Shown here piece after piece: positions 18,974-26,895 of a stretch of 64,000 nucleotides of DNA; position 1 is the first letter of the stretch; each line of letters starts with the position of its first letter. Made by a program: the position numbers and the translations under genes. The DNA comes from Brevundimonas sp. (GTDB lineage Bacteria; Pseudomonadota; Alphaproteobacteria; Caulobacterales; Caulobacteraceae): assembly GCF_041648055.1 (NCBI RefSeq), contig NZ_JBAZPS010000008.1, positions 28,742-92,741 of the forward strand, written 5' to 3'. The notes beneath the pieces are model-generated. The model worked only from the letters and a program-made list of their open reading frames with translations, searched no databases and was not told where the DNA came from.

Positions 18974-19295
18974 GCGGGCGCGGTCCTCTTGAATGGGCGG
19001 GGGTCGGCATTGGGCCGACCGCGCGAACGCCAGATATCGCGGAACAGGACCGACTTCGCCCCCCAGTTGCTGTCTCTGGACAGACTATCACACGACCGGA
19101 GTAGAACGACGCCCTCCGAAGCTCCCAATACGCAAGAAGTTCGGTGATCGTCCGCAAAAAAGTTGCGGGTCACACGCAATCTATTGGCGGTCAAAATATA
19201 ACCTTGCATTGCATCAAATATATCTGCACTAACTTGTGTAATCGGATCGGCCTCCCCCCGTTTCCCGGTCCGCCCATTGTTCAGTCGAGGGCGTC

Positions 19296-19898
19296 ATGCA
19301 GACTTCCGAACCACGAGACCCCTATGGAGCGGCTCTGGGTGCTCTAAAGCGGTTCGCCGAGGCGGGCCGGTTTGTTCCGGGCGAGCCGATCGTGGTGACG
19401 GAGCTGGCGGCGGAGGTGGGATTGAGCGCCACGCCGGTCCGGGAAGCCCTGGCCTGTCTCGCGGGACAAGGGCTCATCGAGCGCAGACGCGGACGCGGCT
19501 ACTTCTACCCGTCGCTGAGCCCGGCGGAGATCATCGACCTGTTCGAACTCCAGCTCGCCTATCTCCACGCCGCGCTGACCCTCTACCCCCGCGGGCTCAC
19601 ACCTTTGCGCAAGGCGGCCGTTGCGGTCGATCCGCTCGACGGCGTTCAGGCCCTTTTCGACGCGATCATCAACCAGTCGACCAACGCCGCGCTTGTGCTG
19701 GCCCATCAACGTGTCGTCGACCGGCTCAAGGCCGTTCTCAAGGCCGAGCGCATCCATGAAGAAACTGACGGCGCGACCGTAAGGACCATGGTGGAGGTGA
19801 TCGTCGACGGGCGGATCCCGGCGCTCCTGGGTCTGCTGGAATCCTATCACGAGCGCCGCTGCTCACGCACAACGATCCTGGTGATCGAGGCCGCCTGA
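19296..19898 (+). CDS. GntR-family transcriptional regulator
   Basis: 200 aa; wHTH VTELAAEVGLSATPVREALACLAGQGLIERRRGRGYF. Confidence 0.8.
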   Translation: MQTSEPRDPYGAALGALKRFAEAGRFVPGEPIVVTELAAEVGLSATPVREALACLAGQGLIERRRGRGYFYPSLSPAEIIDLFELQLAYLHAALTLYPRGLTPLRKAAVAVDPLDGVQALFDAIINQSTNAALVLAHQRVVDRLKAVLKAERIHEETDGATVRTMVEVIVDGRIPALLGLLESYHERRCSRTTILVIEAA

Positions 19899-19903
19899 TC
19901 CCC

Positions 19904-20554
19904 TCACTCCGTCCCACTTCGCGCCACCTCTTCCCGAGGCCCGACGCCGGCGAAGACCAGAGCGGCCAGTGCGCCAGCCGCCCCGATGCGCCGGTCATGG
20001 TAGCGCCCGACGGTCGCAGCGAACGCGGGCGCGGCCTCCTCATTGTAGGCGGTATAGAGCCCTATCGCCTCGTCACAGAGATCGTCAAACAGGGTCGCCT
20101 CATGGCGGCGCACCAGATCGAGCTGTCCGCTCACCTTCTGAAATCCGTCCCACAAGGCCTGATTGCCGGCGCTGCAGACGATGGTCGCGAACAGCCGGTT
20201 CACGGCCGCTATGGGACGACCGTGTTCGTAAGCGGGCGCCGGCGGACGCACGGCTCCGAGGGCGCGCAGGTTCACCTCGACGGCGATGCGGACGTAGTGG
20301 CCATGCATCGCCCAACGGTCACGGGCTGCGGTGGCGTCCAGCCGCAGGGTGACATAACCGCCGGTCGACGCACGCTCGACCAGTCCTTCTCCGCTCAGCC
20401 GAGCAAGAGCCTCTCGGATCGGCGTGGTCGACAGGCGCAGCCGCCGGGCCTCGTCCTGAACAATGACCGGCGACCCGCCGGCCAGGGCTCCCGAATGAAT
20501 ACGCTCACGCAAAGACGACAGCGCCTGGGTGAACGGGTCGCGATTACGCGCCAT
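19904..20554 (-). CDS. GntR-family transcriptional regulator
   Basis: Start set at ATG 20554 (MARNRDPF); wHTH EARRLRLSTTPIREALARLSGEGLVERASTGGY; upstream part of the 468-aa track ORF is low-complexity. Confidence 0.8.
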   Translation of the reverse strand: MARNRDPFTQALSSLRERIHSGALAGGSPVIVQDEARRLRLSTTPIREALARLSGEGLVERASTGGYVTLRLDATAARDRWAMHGHYVRIAVEVNLRALGAVRPPAPAYEHGRPIAAVNRLFATIVCSAGNQALWDGFQKVSGQLDLVRRHEATLFDDLCDEAIGLYTAYNEEAAPAFAATVGRYHDRRIGAAGALAALVFAGVGPREEVARSGTE

Positions 20555-20800
20555 GTTCAGATTCCGATCTGCTCGGACCCCGGTCCGCCCCCTGATCGTC
20601 CACCCAAGCATCGTTCCCCAGACCGGCGAGTTCGTCTGCGAAAATCTTCTTCGGACAGGCCGCCATGCTCTGGCGCGCGCCCCGCCGATTTCTTGCGGGT
20701 TCTTCGTCTCGCTCCGGAACCATTCAAAAAAGTCGCACACGCCTGCATTGATTCGACACACCCAACACAGCACCTTCAGTGGTGAAAGGTCGAATCGCCT

Positions 20801-21289
20801 ATGCTTTCCGATCCACCAGAAAAGTTGAGTGATGCACGGCTGATCGGTCTGGCGGCGCGGACGGTGCGGCGTGCCCGAAACATGACCGCCCAGCAGGTGG
20901 CGACCGCCATGAACCTGCCGCTTCGCACCTACGAATACTTTGAAGCCGGCGCTGGCCGGGTGAACCTCGACTACGTTCACCGGTTCGCCGTCGCGACGAA
21001 CTGCGACCCGTGGTCGCTCTTGCTCGGCCCTTCGCTCGGCTCGATCGAGTTCGCGCGTCAGACGGCTGACAGCAAGCTCATGCTGATCTTCCTCATCGCC
21101 CTGGGCGAGTTCGTCCGGAAGATGGGAGACCGGCTTTTGACGCTCGATCCCCGCGCCCTGATCGAGGCCTTCACCGAGACCTTCCGCAAGCTGGAGGAAG
21201 AGAACCGGGCCAAGAGCGAGGAAACCGAGTCCTGGCTCGACGCGGGCCGCGACCGTCTGGCGGGCAAACCGCCGGAAGATGAGGTCTGA
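20801..21289 (+). CDS. XRE-family helix-turn-helix regulator
   Basis: 162 aa; RRARNMTAQQVATAMNLPLRTYEYFEAG HTH_3-like. Confidence 0.75.
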   Translation: MLSDPPEKLSDARLIGLAARTVRRARNMTAQQVATAMNLPLRTYEYFEAGAGRVNLDYVHRFAVATNCDPWSLLLGPSLGSIEFARQTADSKLMLIFLIALGEFVRKMGDRLLTLDPRALIEAFTETFRKLEEENRAKSEETESWLDAGRDRLAGKPPEDEV

Positions 21290-21302
21290 GCCGCAGCAGT
21301 TG

Positions 21303-21326
21303 AAATACACGACAGATATAGATTGC
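21303..21326 (+). promoter_or_regulatory. conserved 24-nt element AAATACACGACAGATATAGATTGC, copy 1, 91 nt upstream of precursor A1
   Basis: Identical 24-mer at 21632-21655, the same 91-nt distance from the A2 ATG; A/T-rich in a GC-rich context. Confidence 0.45.
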
Positions 21327-21393
21327 CGCTGGGGTCACCGCGGGCGCTCCATGACCTGCCGCAATCCGCGGCGACTTGCGAATGGAGGCTACC

Positions 21394-21513
21394 ATGACCA
21401 GCACCGTTCAGATCCGACTGATCGGCTTCGGACCCGTCACCGCCCTCACCCGGGGCGCCATCGTCGGGCCGCCGCTGGAGATCGAAGAGACGCCGTTCGA
21501 CGGCGTGGCCTGA
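21394..21513 (+). CDS. lasso peptide precursor A1 (39 aa)
   Basis: Hand translation MTSTVQIRLIGFGPVTALTRGAIVGPPLEIEETPFDGVA; GGAGG 5 nt upstream; Thr at -2, Gly1 and Glu9 of putative core; directly upstream of B/C genes. Confidence 0.8.
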   Translation: MTSTVQIRLIGFGPVTALTRGAIVGPPLEIEETPFDGVA

Positions 21514-21521
21514 TCGCCCGG

Positions 21522-21547
21522 GACGAGCGTCGTTCGCGGCGCTCGTC
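21522..21547 (+). terminator. stem-loop after precursor A1 (possible attenuator)
   Basis: GACGAGCG (21522-21529) pairs with CGCTCGTC (21540-21547), 10-nt loop; no long U tract. Confidence 0.45.
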
Positions 21548-21631
21548 TTGCCCCACATTGAGGATGACCGGTCGCCCGACAGCCGTCGCGGCGACGTTTG
21601 TGCATTCGCTCCTGTCCGATCGACAAGGCTC

Positions 21632-21655
21632 AAATACACGACAGATATAGATTGC
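21632..21655 (+). promoter_or_regulatory. conserved 24-nt element, copy 2, 91 nt upstream of precursor A2
   Basis: Identical to 21303-21326. Confidence 0.45.
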
Positions 21656-21722
21656 GACCGCCGGCTTCGGAGCGGCTCCATAGGCTGCCGCAATCCTGCG
21701 GCCTCACAACCTGGAGGCTCTC

Positions 21723-21842
21723 ATGACTGGCATCGCTCAGATCCGACTGATCGACCTCGGTCCCGTCACTGTTCTGACGAGGGGCGCGGTGATCGGCCCG
21801 CCCCTCGAACACGAGGAAATGCCGTACGACGGCGGGGCCTGA
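21723..21842 (+). CDS. lasso peptide precursor A2 (39 aa)
   Basis: Hand translation MTGIAQIRLIDLGPVTVLTRGAVIGPPLEHEEMPYDGGA; GGAGG 5 nt upstream; same leader/core logic as A1. Confidence 0.8.
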   Translation: MTGIAQIRLIDLGPVTVLTRGAVIGPPLEHEEMPYDGGA

Positions 21843-21849
21843 CGGCCTC

Positions 21850-21881
21850 GGGGACGAACGCCTTTTGCGGCGCTCGTCCCC
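21850..21881 (+). terminator. stem-loop between precursor A2 and the B gene (possible attenuator)
   Basis: GGGGACGA (21850-21857) pairs with TCGTCCCC (21874-21881); inner CGCC/GGCG pairing; TTTTGC loop. Confidence 0.45.
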
Positions 21882-21901
21882 AGCCGCCGCGCGCGTGCCT
21901 C

Positions 21902-22588
21902 ATGGAGAACCAGACCTTCGATTCCCCCACGCCCTTCGTCGCCGAGCCGGGGAGCGCTCTCGCCCACCTTTGGGAGCATCTGCATTTTGCTGTCGTCGAT
22001 GAAGACGTCATTGTGCTCGATGAACGGACGGACGCTTACAGCTGCCTGCCCGGCGCCGGAACGGTGATACAAGTCCGTGGCGACCTTATCGTCGCCCCCG
22101 AACCCGTGCTGGAGCAACTTCGGGACGGCGGGTTTCTCGGCCCCTCGGGTGAGACCCGGGCCGTCGCGCCGCCGGCGCCGACCCGAGCCCTTCCCCTGCC
22201 GCCGTCGCCTGCGATCGATGTGGTTGCGACCACGCGGTTCTGGTGGTCCTGGTGGCGCGAGGGACGGAATTTCGAATCCCGATCCCTCGCGAGTCTGCTC
22301 GCCACGCACCGCCGGCGCTCCCCCTCCTCGAGCCTGTCCGAAGAGGAGGTCGCCCGTCTGACGGCGGCCTTCGTGCGCCTCCTGCCTTGGGCGCCGGGAC
22401 AGGGCGCCTGCCTCTACCGGGCGCACCTGCTGAGGACCTTGATCCGGGACGCAGGCGGAGACGTGCGATGGGTGTTCGGGGTTCGCACCTGGCCATTTTC
22501 CGCCCACTGCTGGCTGCAGGTCGGCGACGCGGTGCTCGACGACGAGCCGGACCGGGTCGCCGTCTACACCCCGATCATGGTCGTCTGA
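21902..22588 (+). CDS. lasso peptide maturation protein B (PqqD-like RRE fused to transglutaminase-like Cys protease)
   Basis: Start at ATG 21902 (MENQTFD); N-terminal FAVVDEDVIVLDERTDAYSCL (PqqD-like); C-terminal GACLYRAH ... FSAHCWLQVGDAVLDDEPD (Cys/His/Asp); the track ORF start 21548 reads through A2 in another frame. Confidence 0.85.
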   Translation: MENQTFDSPTPFVAEPGSALAHLWEHLHFAVVDEDVIVLDERTDAYSCLPGAGTVIQVRGDLIVAPEPVLEQLRDGGFLGPSGETRAVAPPAPTRALPLPPSPAIDVVATTRFWWSWWREGRNFESRSLASLLATHRRRSPSSSLSEEEVARLTAAFVRLLPWAPGQGACLYRAHLLRTLIRDAGGDVRWVFGVRTWPFSAHCWLQVGDAVLDDEPDRVAVYTPIMVV

Positions 22589-22589
22589 G

Positions 22590-24350
22590 GTGGGGCATTT
22601 TCTGCATCTCGCCTGGTCCGACACCAGCAACCTTGCTCTCGCCGAAGGCCTTGTGGCTGAAGCCCAGGCCCGAGGGTTTGTCCCGGTCCAGGTCATGGAG
22701 CAGGCGTGGCTCGGCACGAAGGGGCCGAGGCCCCTGGCGGTCCACCATCCCGCCGGCGAGCATCTGCTCGTCCTCGGCGACCTGTTCGATGCCCTCGACG
22801 GGGATCGAACCCCTATCCCGACGCACGGCGACGACGCCGACCGCGCACGCGCCCTGATCCGGCGGTACTGGGGGCGGTACATCGGGATGTTCAGGACGCC
22901 GCGAGGCCAGGTCCGCCAGATCCTGCGGGACCCTTCCGGCGCCCATGAATGCGCGGCCTGGCGGTACGAAGGTGTCCAGGTCGTCACCTCCGAACTCTCC
23001 GACTGGCTGCTGGAAAGCGCCGCGCCGCCGGTCCAGATCGACTGGGACGTGGTGGGCGGTCTGCTGCGCGACCCCATCAATGCGACCGCGGCCAGTCCGT
23101 TGATCGGGATCAGGGTCGCCGAGGCCGGCGACCTGACCGATCTCAACGCCCGGCGAACGACTCCGCTGTGGCGTCCGGTAGACTTCACCGCCTCGGTCAC
23201 CTCCGATCCCCGCGAAGCCGCAGCCTGGCTGAGAGGCCGGATCGACGGCTGCCTCGCCGCCTTCGCCAAGGTCATCGAACGGCCGGGCGTCGAAGTGTCC
23301 GGCGGGCTCGATTCTGCGATTGTCGCCGGCGGCTTTCAGGCTGGGGGAGCGACCCCGCACCTCTGGTTCAACATGTTCGGCCCGTTCGCCGAAGGCGACG
23401 AGCGTCGGTTCGTTCGAACCCTCGGAGATCGCCTCGGCTTCGAACCGCACTGCGTTCAACGCGCGATCAGGCCGATGACGACGGAAGGGTTCGAGGTCAC
23501 CGCTCGAGGTCCCAGACCCGGAGTGAATGGAAGAGATTACTCGTTCGACACGGCCGTCGCGGAAGCCTGCCGGGAGGCCGGCGTCGACGCCCTCCTGACC
23601 GGGAAGGGTGGCGACGGGGTCTTCTTCCAGATGGGGGTTCCGGACATCTTCACCGACGTCCTTCGCGAGCGGGGTCTCGGCGCTGTGTTCAGCCCCGCAC
23701 TACCGCAACTGGCGCGGTGGACACGCCGATCGACCTGGTCCCTTCTGCGCACCGCCCTGAGCACACCGCGACGCGCTCCGCTCGACCGGTCGGCACGCAG
23801 ACTGTCCATCTTCAATCCGGAGAGCGTTTCGCACGATGCAGAAAGGGATCTGCATCCGTGGCTACGCGGGCTGGAAACGGTCCCGCCGGCCAAACGTCTC
23901 CAGATCGAATCCGTGGCGGCGGGCCTGGCCTATCAGAGCCAGTGCCGCCGAACGGAGGCTGCCGACCTGATCCATCCGCTTCTGGCTCAGCCCGTTGTCG
24001 AACTGGCGCTCGGACTGTCCGTTCCCCTCCTCACCGACGACGGTCGGGCCGATCGAAGGCTGGCGCGCGCGGCCTTCGCCGACAGACTGCCGCCCGAAAT
24101 CCTGCACAGGCGATCCAAGGGTGAGATGACCGCCTACTTCGGGCGCCAGGCGGCCGCGAGCATTCCGTTCCTGAGAGACCACCTGCTCGGGGGTCGCCTC
24201 GCTGCGCGCGGACTTATCGACCGGGGTCGTACGGAAGCCCTCCTCGACCCTGACCGTCTGCTCTGGAAAGGCAGCGTCCCGGACTTCACGATGGCGGCAG
24301 TGATGGAGAGCTGGGTCCGGCGCTGGGAGGCGATCGGGGCTGGGGTCTGA
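22590..24350 (+). CDS. lasso peptide cyclase C (asparagine synthetase B-like)
   Basis: 586 aa; PP-loop VEVSGGLDSAIVAG; position immediately after B. Confidence 0.88.
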   Translation: MGHFLHLAWSDTSNLALAEGLVAEAQARGFVPVQVMEQAWLGTKGPRPLAVHHPAGEHLLVLGDLFDALDGDRTPIPTHGDDADRARALIRRYWGRYIGMFRTPRGQVRQILRDPSGAHECAAWRYEGVQVVTSELSDWLLESAAPPVQIDWDVVGGLLRDPINATAASPLIGIRVAEAGDLTDLNARRTTPLWRPVDFTASVTSDPREAAAWLRGRIDGCLAAFAKVIERPGVEVSGGLDSAIVAGGFQAGGATPHLWFNMFGPFAEGDERRFVRTLGDRLGFEPHCVQRAIRPMTTEGFEVTARGPRPGVNGRDYSFDTAVAEACREAGVDALLTGKGGDGVFFQMGVPDIFTDVLRERGLGAVFSPALPQLARWTRRSTWSLLRTALSTPRRAPLDRSARRLSIFNPESVSHDAERDLHPWLRGLETVPPAKRLQIESVAAGLAYQSQCRRTEAADLIHPLLAQPVVELALGLSVPLLTDDGRADRRLARAAFADRLPPEILHRRSKGEMTAYFGRQAAASIPFLRDHLLGGRLAARGLIDRGRTEALLDPDRLLWKGSVPDFTMAAVMESWVRRWEAIGAGV

Positions 24351-26889
24351 GTACCGGCGGGACCTCGCCCGAGCTGAGGGTGCGGTCGAGGAAGGCCACG
24401 ATCTCCGTGTAAAGATCCCGGATATTGTCCGGGCTCCAGAGGTGATGGCCCTCGCCCCAGTAGGTGAGAAGCCGTGCATCCTTGTTCTGTCGCCAGAGCG
24501 CCGAGAACATGATCTCGGACTGGGTGCTCGGCAGAAGATCGCGGTCACCGTGGACGAGAAGAACCGGTGCCGAGATCCGGTCCGCGCCGAACAGGGGACT
24601 GTTCCGGACATAGAGGTCAGGCGCGGTCCAGGGCGGCGCGCGCATTCGCCCCTGGCTTTCCTCGGCCCATCCGATGCGCTGGCGCAAGGAGAGTCCGAAC
24701 TCCGGATTGTCCCGGTTGGCGGGAGAAAACTCGCCCCAGGCGGTCGCAAGATCTGACAGGCCCGCAACGGAGATGATGGCCTTGAACCGGTCCGTCTGCG
24801 TGGCGGCGACCAACCCAGCATAGCCGCCGAAACTGTGTCCCCAGTGCGCGACGCGGTCCGGATCCAGATCCGGGTACTGCGCGAGGGCGGCGTCGACCAC
24901 CGCCAGGACATCCTCAGCGTAGTCCTCCGCGGGCTCCTTCTCCCGGTCGAGAGGCACGATCGGGATCAGCACTGCATATCCGCCGGAGACGACAAGCTGG
25001 GGGTTGGCCCAGGCGTTGAGCGCGGCGGGTTCCGACGGCGCGGCCGCAGGGCCGCCTGGGTAGGAGAGAACGACCAGAGGCGTCTTCTCCCCCCGCCACT
25101 GCCGGGGGCGATAGAGCCAACTGAACCGCTCTACGCCGTCCGCCCCCCGATGGCGGACCCGTTCGGGCTCGGGGAAGTCGATCTCTCCCATCCATGCGTT
25201 GATCATCGACAGTGTCCGGTCGGGGCGACCCGGCTGCTGAAGGCGCAAGGTCTGGACCCCGTTTTCCACGGTGCGGACGATGACGCCGTCGGCGCCGGCG
25301 TAGACGCCGGAGACGAAGGCGTCGCCCGTCGCCATCACGTCAGGATCGAGGTCCGGGCGGGCGATCGCACCATCGGACAGGCGCACCGCCATCCAGCCCC
25401 GCCGGGGTGGAGAGTTCCGCTGGCGTCGCTGCGACTCCAGATAGCCTGCGCCGTCGAAGCCGGTCACGACGCCGGTCGGAGCGACCATCGGCGCGGCTTC
25501 GCCAGAGACGGTCACGGCCCAAGGGCGGCCTCCGGCGACCAGCAATAGCCGCTCCCCGTCGATGGCCCCGATGTCGACGGACGGCGGACTGAGCGCCGCC
25601 GTCAGGTTGACGGCGCCCTGGCGTCCGAGCCGGTGCCAGTCGTTGCGCTCGCCCGTCGCGGTGTGGGCGAAGAGGACAGGCCAGTCTCCCAGCCAGTCCG
25701 CATAGACGCTGTTGAATGTGGCCACCCCGCCGCCGGTGTAGGGCCTGAGACCGCCGAGATCGTAGCGCTGCACGGCGTCACCGTCCGGGTCGACGCCGAG
25801 AAGGTCGCCGGCCTCCCATCCTTCGGCGCCGCGCGCCCACACCAGCAGACGATCCGAGGCCGGCGACCAGGCCAGCAGGCTCGGGGCGATATCGGCGTCG
25901 CCCAGCGGCGAGGTCACGGCGCCCGTCCGCAGGTCGGCAATGCGAAGCCTTCGCTCCCGATCAATGGCCTGCGGCTCGAACGCTGTTGTCGGGTCGAAGG
26001 TCGCCGCCGTGGCGGTCTCGACCAGCGCCAGGCGATCTCCGTCCGGGGAGAGTTCGAGGTCGTAGAACCAGCCTGCGGCGAGCGGGGTGGCGATGCCTGA
26101 ACGAACGTCGAGTCTGACCGCCTGGTTCTGCGGAGGCTGGGGCATGTCGCCGGCGAAGGCGCCGCTGCCGAGGGAGGTCCGCTGCGCCGGTCCACCGGCG
26201 TCCGTCGCACGCCAGCGCGCCTCGAGCGCTCGCCTGCCTCGCGCACCGCTGGCCAACCATTGCGGCAACGATCCATCGGGTCTCACCAGCAGCAGGAGCT
26301 CGTCGTCCGAACGCCATTGCGCCGCCTCCCCGAAGACAGAGAGCTCCGGCGACAGGGAAAACCAGTGGACCGTCCGATCCGACATTTCCACGACCCCGGC
26401 CTGCCACCGGTGATCTCTGAGACGGAAGATCAGGAGTCTGCGCCCGGACGGCGACCAGGGCCCCAGGACGTGGCCGTCTCTCTCCTCCGGCCGAAGGAGG
26501 CTCTCAGCAGGCCGGCCCGAGGCCAGATCCACCACTTTCAGACGGCTCACGGTCCATGGGTTGCGGAGACCGAACTCGAACGACGTCGCCTGGTCGTAGG
26601 GCGCGCGTTGTTCAAACACCGCCCACCGCCCCGTCGGATCGATGGTGGCGTTGCCGAAGGACTCCGCCGCGAGCATGTCATCCGTGCGATAGGGACGACC
26701 CGGTGTTGCGGGCGAGGGAGATCCGGTGGCGACCTCAACTCCCGCCGGAGCGTTCTGTGGGATCTGCGCGGCAGCACCCCATCCCGCGCCCGACAGTAGG
26801 ATGAAGGCCGAGGCGGCGACAAATGCGCGCGAACGCGCGCGGCGTCCTGCGGACGCCGTCTGGCGTACGCTCGAAGCAGCTCGGGGCAT
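24286..26889 (-). CDS. S9 prolyl-oligopeptidase-family serine peptidase, lasso-peptide isopeptidase-like by context
   Basis: 867 aa; signal peptide; beta-propeller-like N-half; HWGHSFGGYAG nucleophile elbow, HGDRDLL, GEGHHLW; 3' end overlaps the cyclase 3' end by 65 nt. Confidence 0.8.
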   Translation of the reverse strand: MPRAASSVRQTASAGRRARSRAFVAASAFILLSGAGWGAAAQIPQNAPAGVEVATGSPSPATPGRPYRTDDMLAAESFGNATIDPTGRWAVFEQRAPYDQATSFEFGLRNPWTVSRLKVVDLASGRPAESLLRPEERDGHVLGPWSPSGRRLLIFRLRDHRWQAGVVEMSDRTVHWFSLSPELSVFGEAAQWRSDDELLLLVRPDGSLPQWLASGARGRRALEARWRATDAGGPAQRTSLGSGAFAGDMPQPPQNQAVRLDVRSGIATPLAAGWFYDLELSPDGDRLALVETATAATFDPTTAFEPQAIDRERRLRIADLRTGAVTSPLGDADIAPSLLAWSPASDRLLVWARGAEGWEAGDLLGVDPDGDAVQRYDLGGLRPYTGGGVATFNSVYADWLGDWPVLFAHTATGERNDWHRLGRQGAVNLTAALSPPSVDIGAIDGERLLLVAGGRPWAVTVSGEAAPMVAPTGVVTGFDGAGYLESQRRQRNSPPRRGWMAVRLSDGAIARPDLDPDVMATGDAFVSGVYAGADGVIVRTVENGVQTLRLQQPGRPDRTLSMINAWMGEIDFPEPERVRHRGADGVERFSWLYRPRQWRGEKTPLVVLSYPGGPAAAPSEPAALNAWANPQLVVSGGYAVLIPIVPLDREKEPAEDYAEDVLAVVDAALAQYPDLDPDRVAHWGHSFGGYAGLVAATQTDRFKAIISVAGLSDLATAWGEFSPANRDNPEFGLSLRQRIGWAEESQGRMRAPPWTAPDLYVRNSPLFGADRISAPVLLVHGDRDLLPSTQSEIMFSALWRQNKDARLLTYWGEGHHLWSPDNIRDLYTEIVAFLDRTLSSGEVPPVLRPQPRSPPSAGPSSPSLPPS

Positions 26890-26895
26890 GACGGC

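Noticed and set aside
21279-22588. Track ORFs 21279..21650+ and 21548..22588+ reading across the precursor region.
   Set aside because: Their N-terminal translations are Arg-rich nonsense in the wrong frame relative to the SD-preceded 39-aa precursor ORFs. Only the part from ATG 21902 (MENQTFD) has B-protein character.
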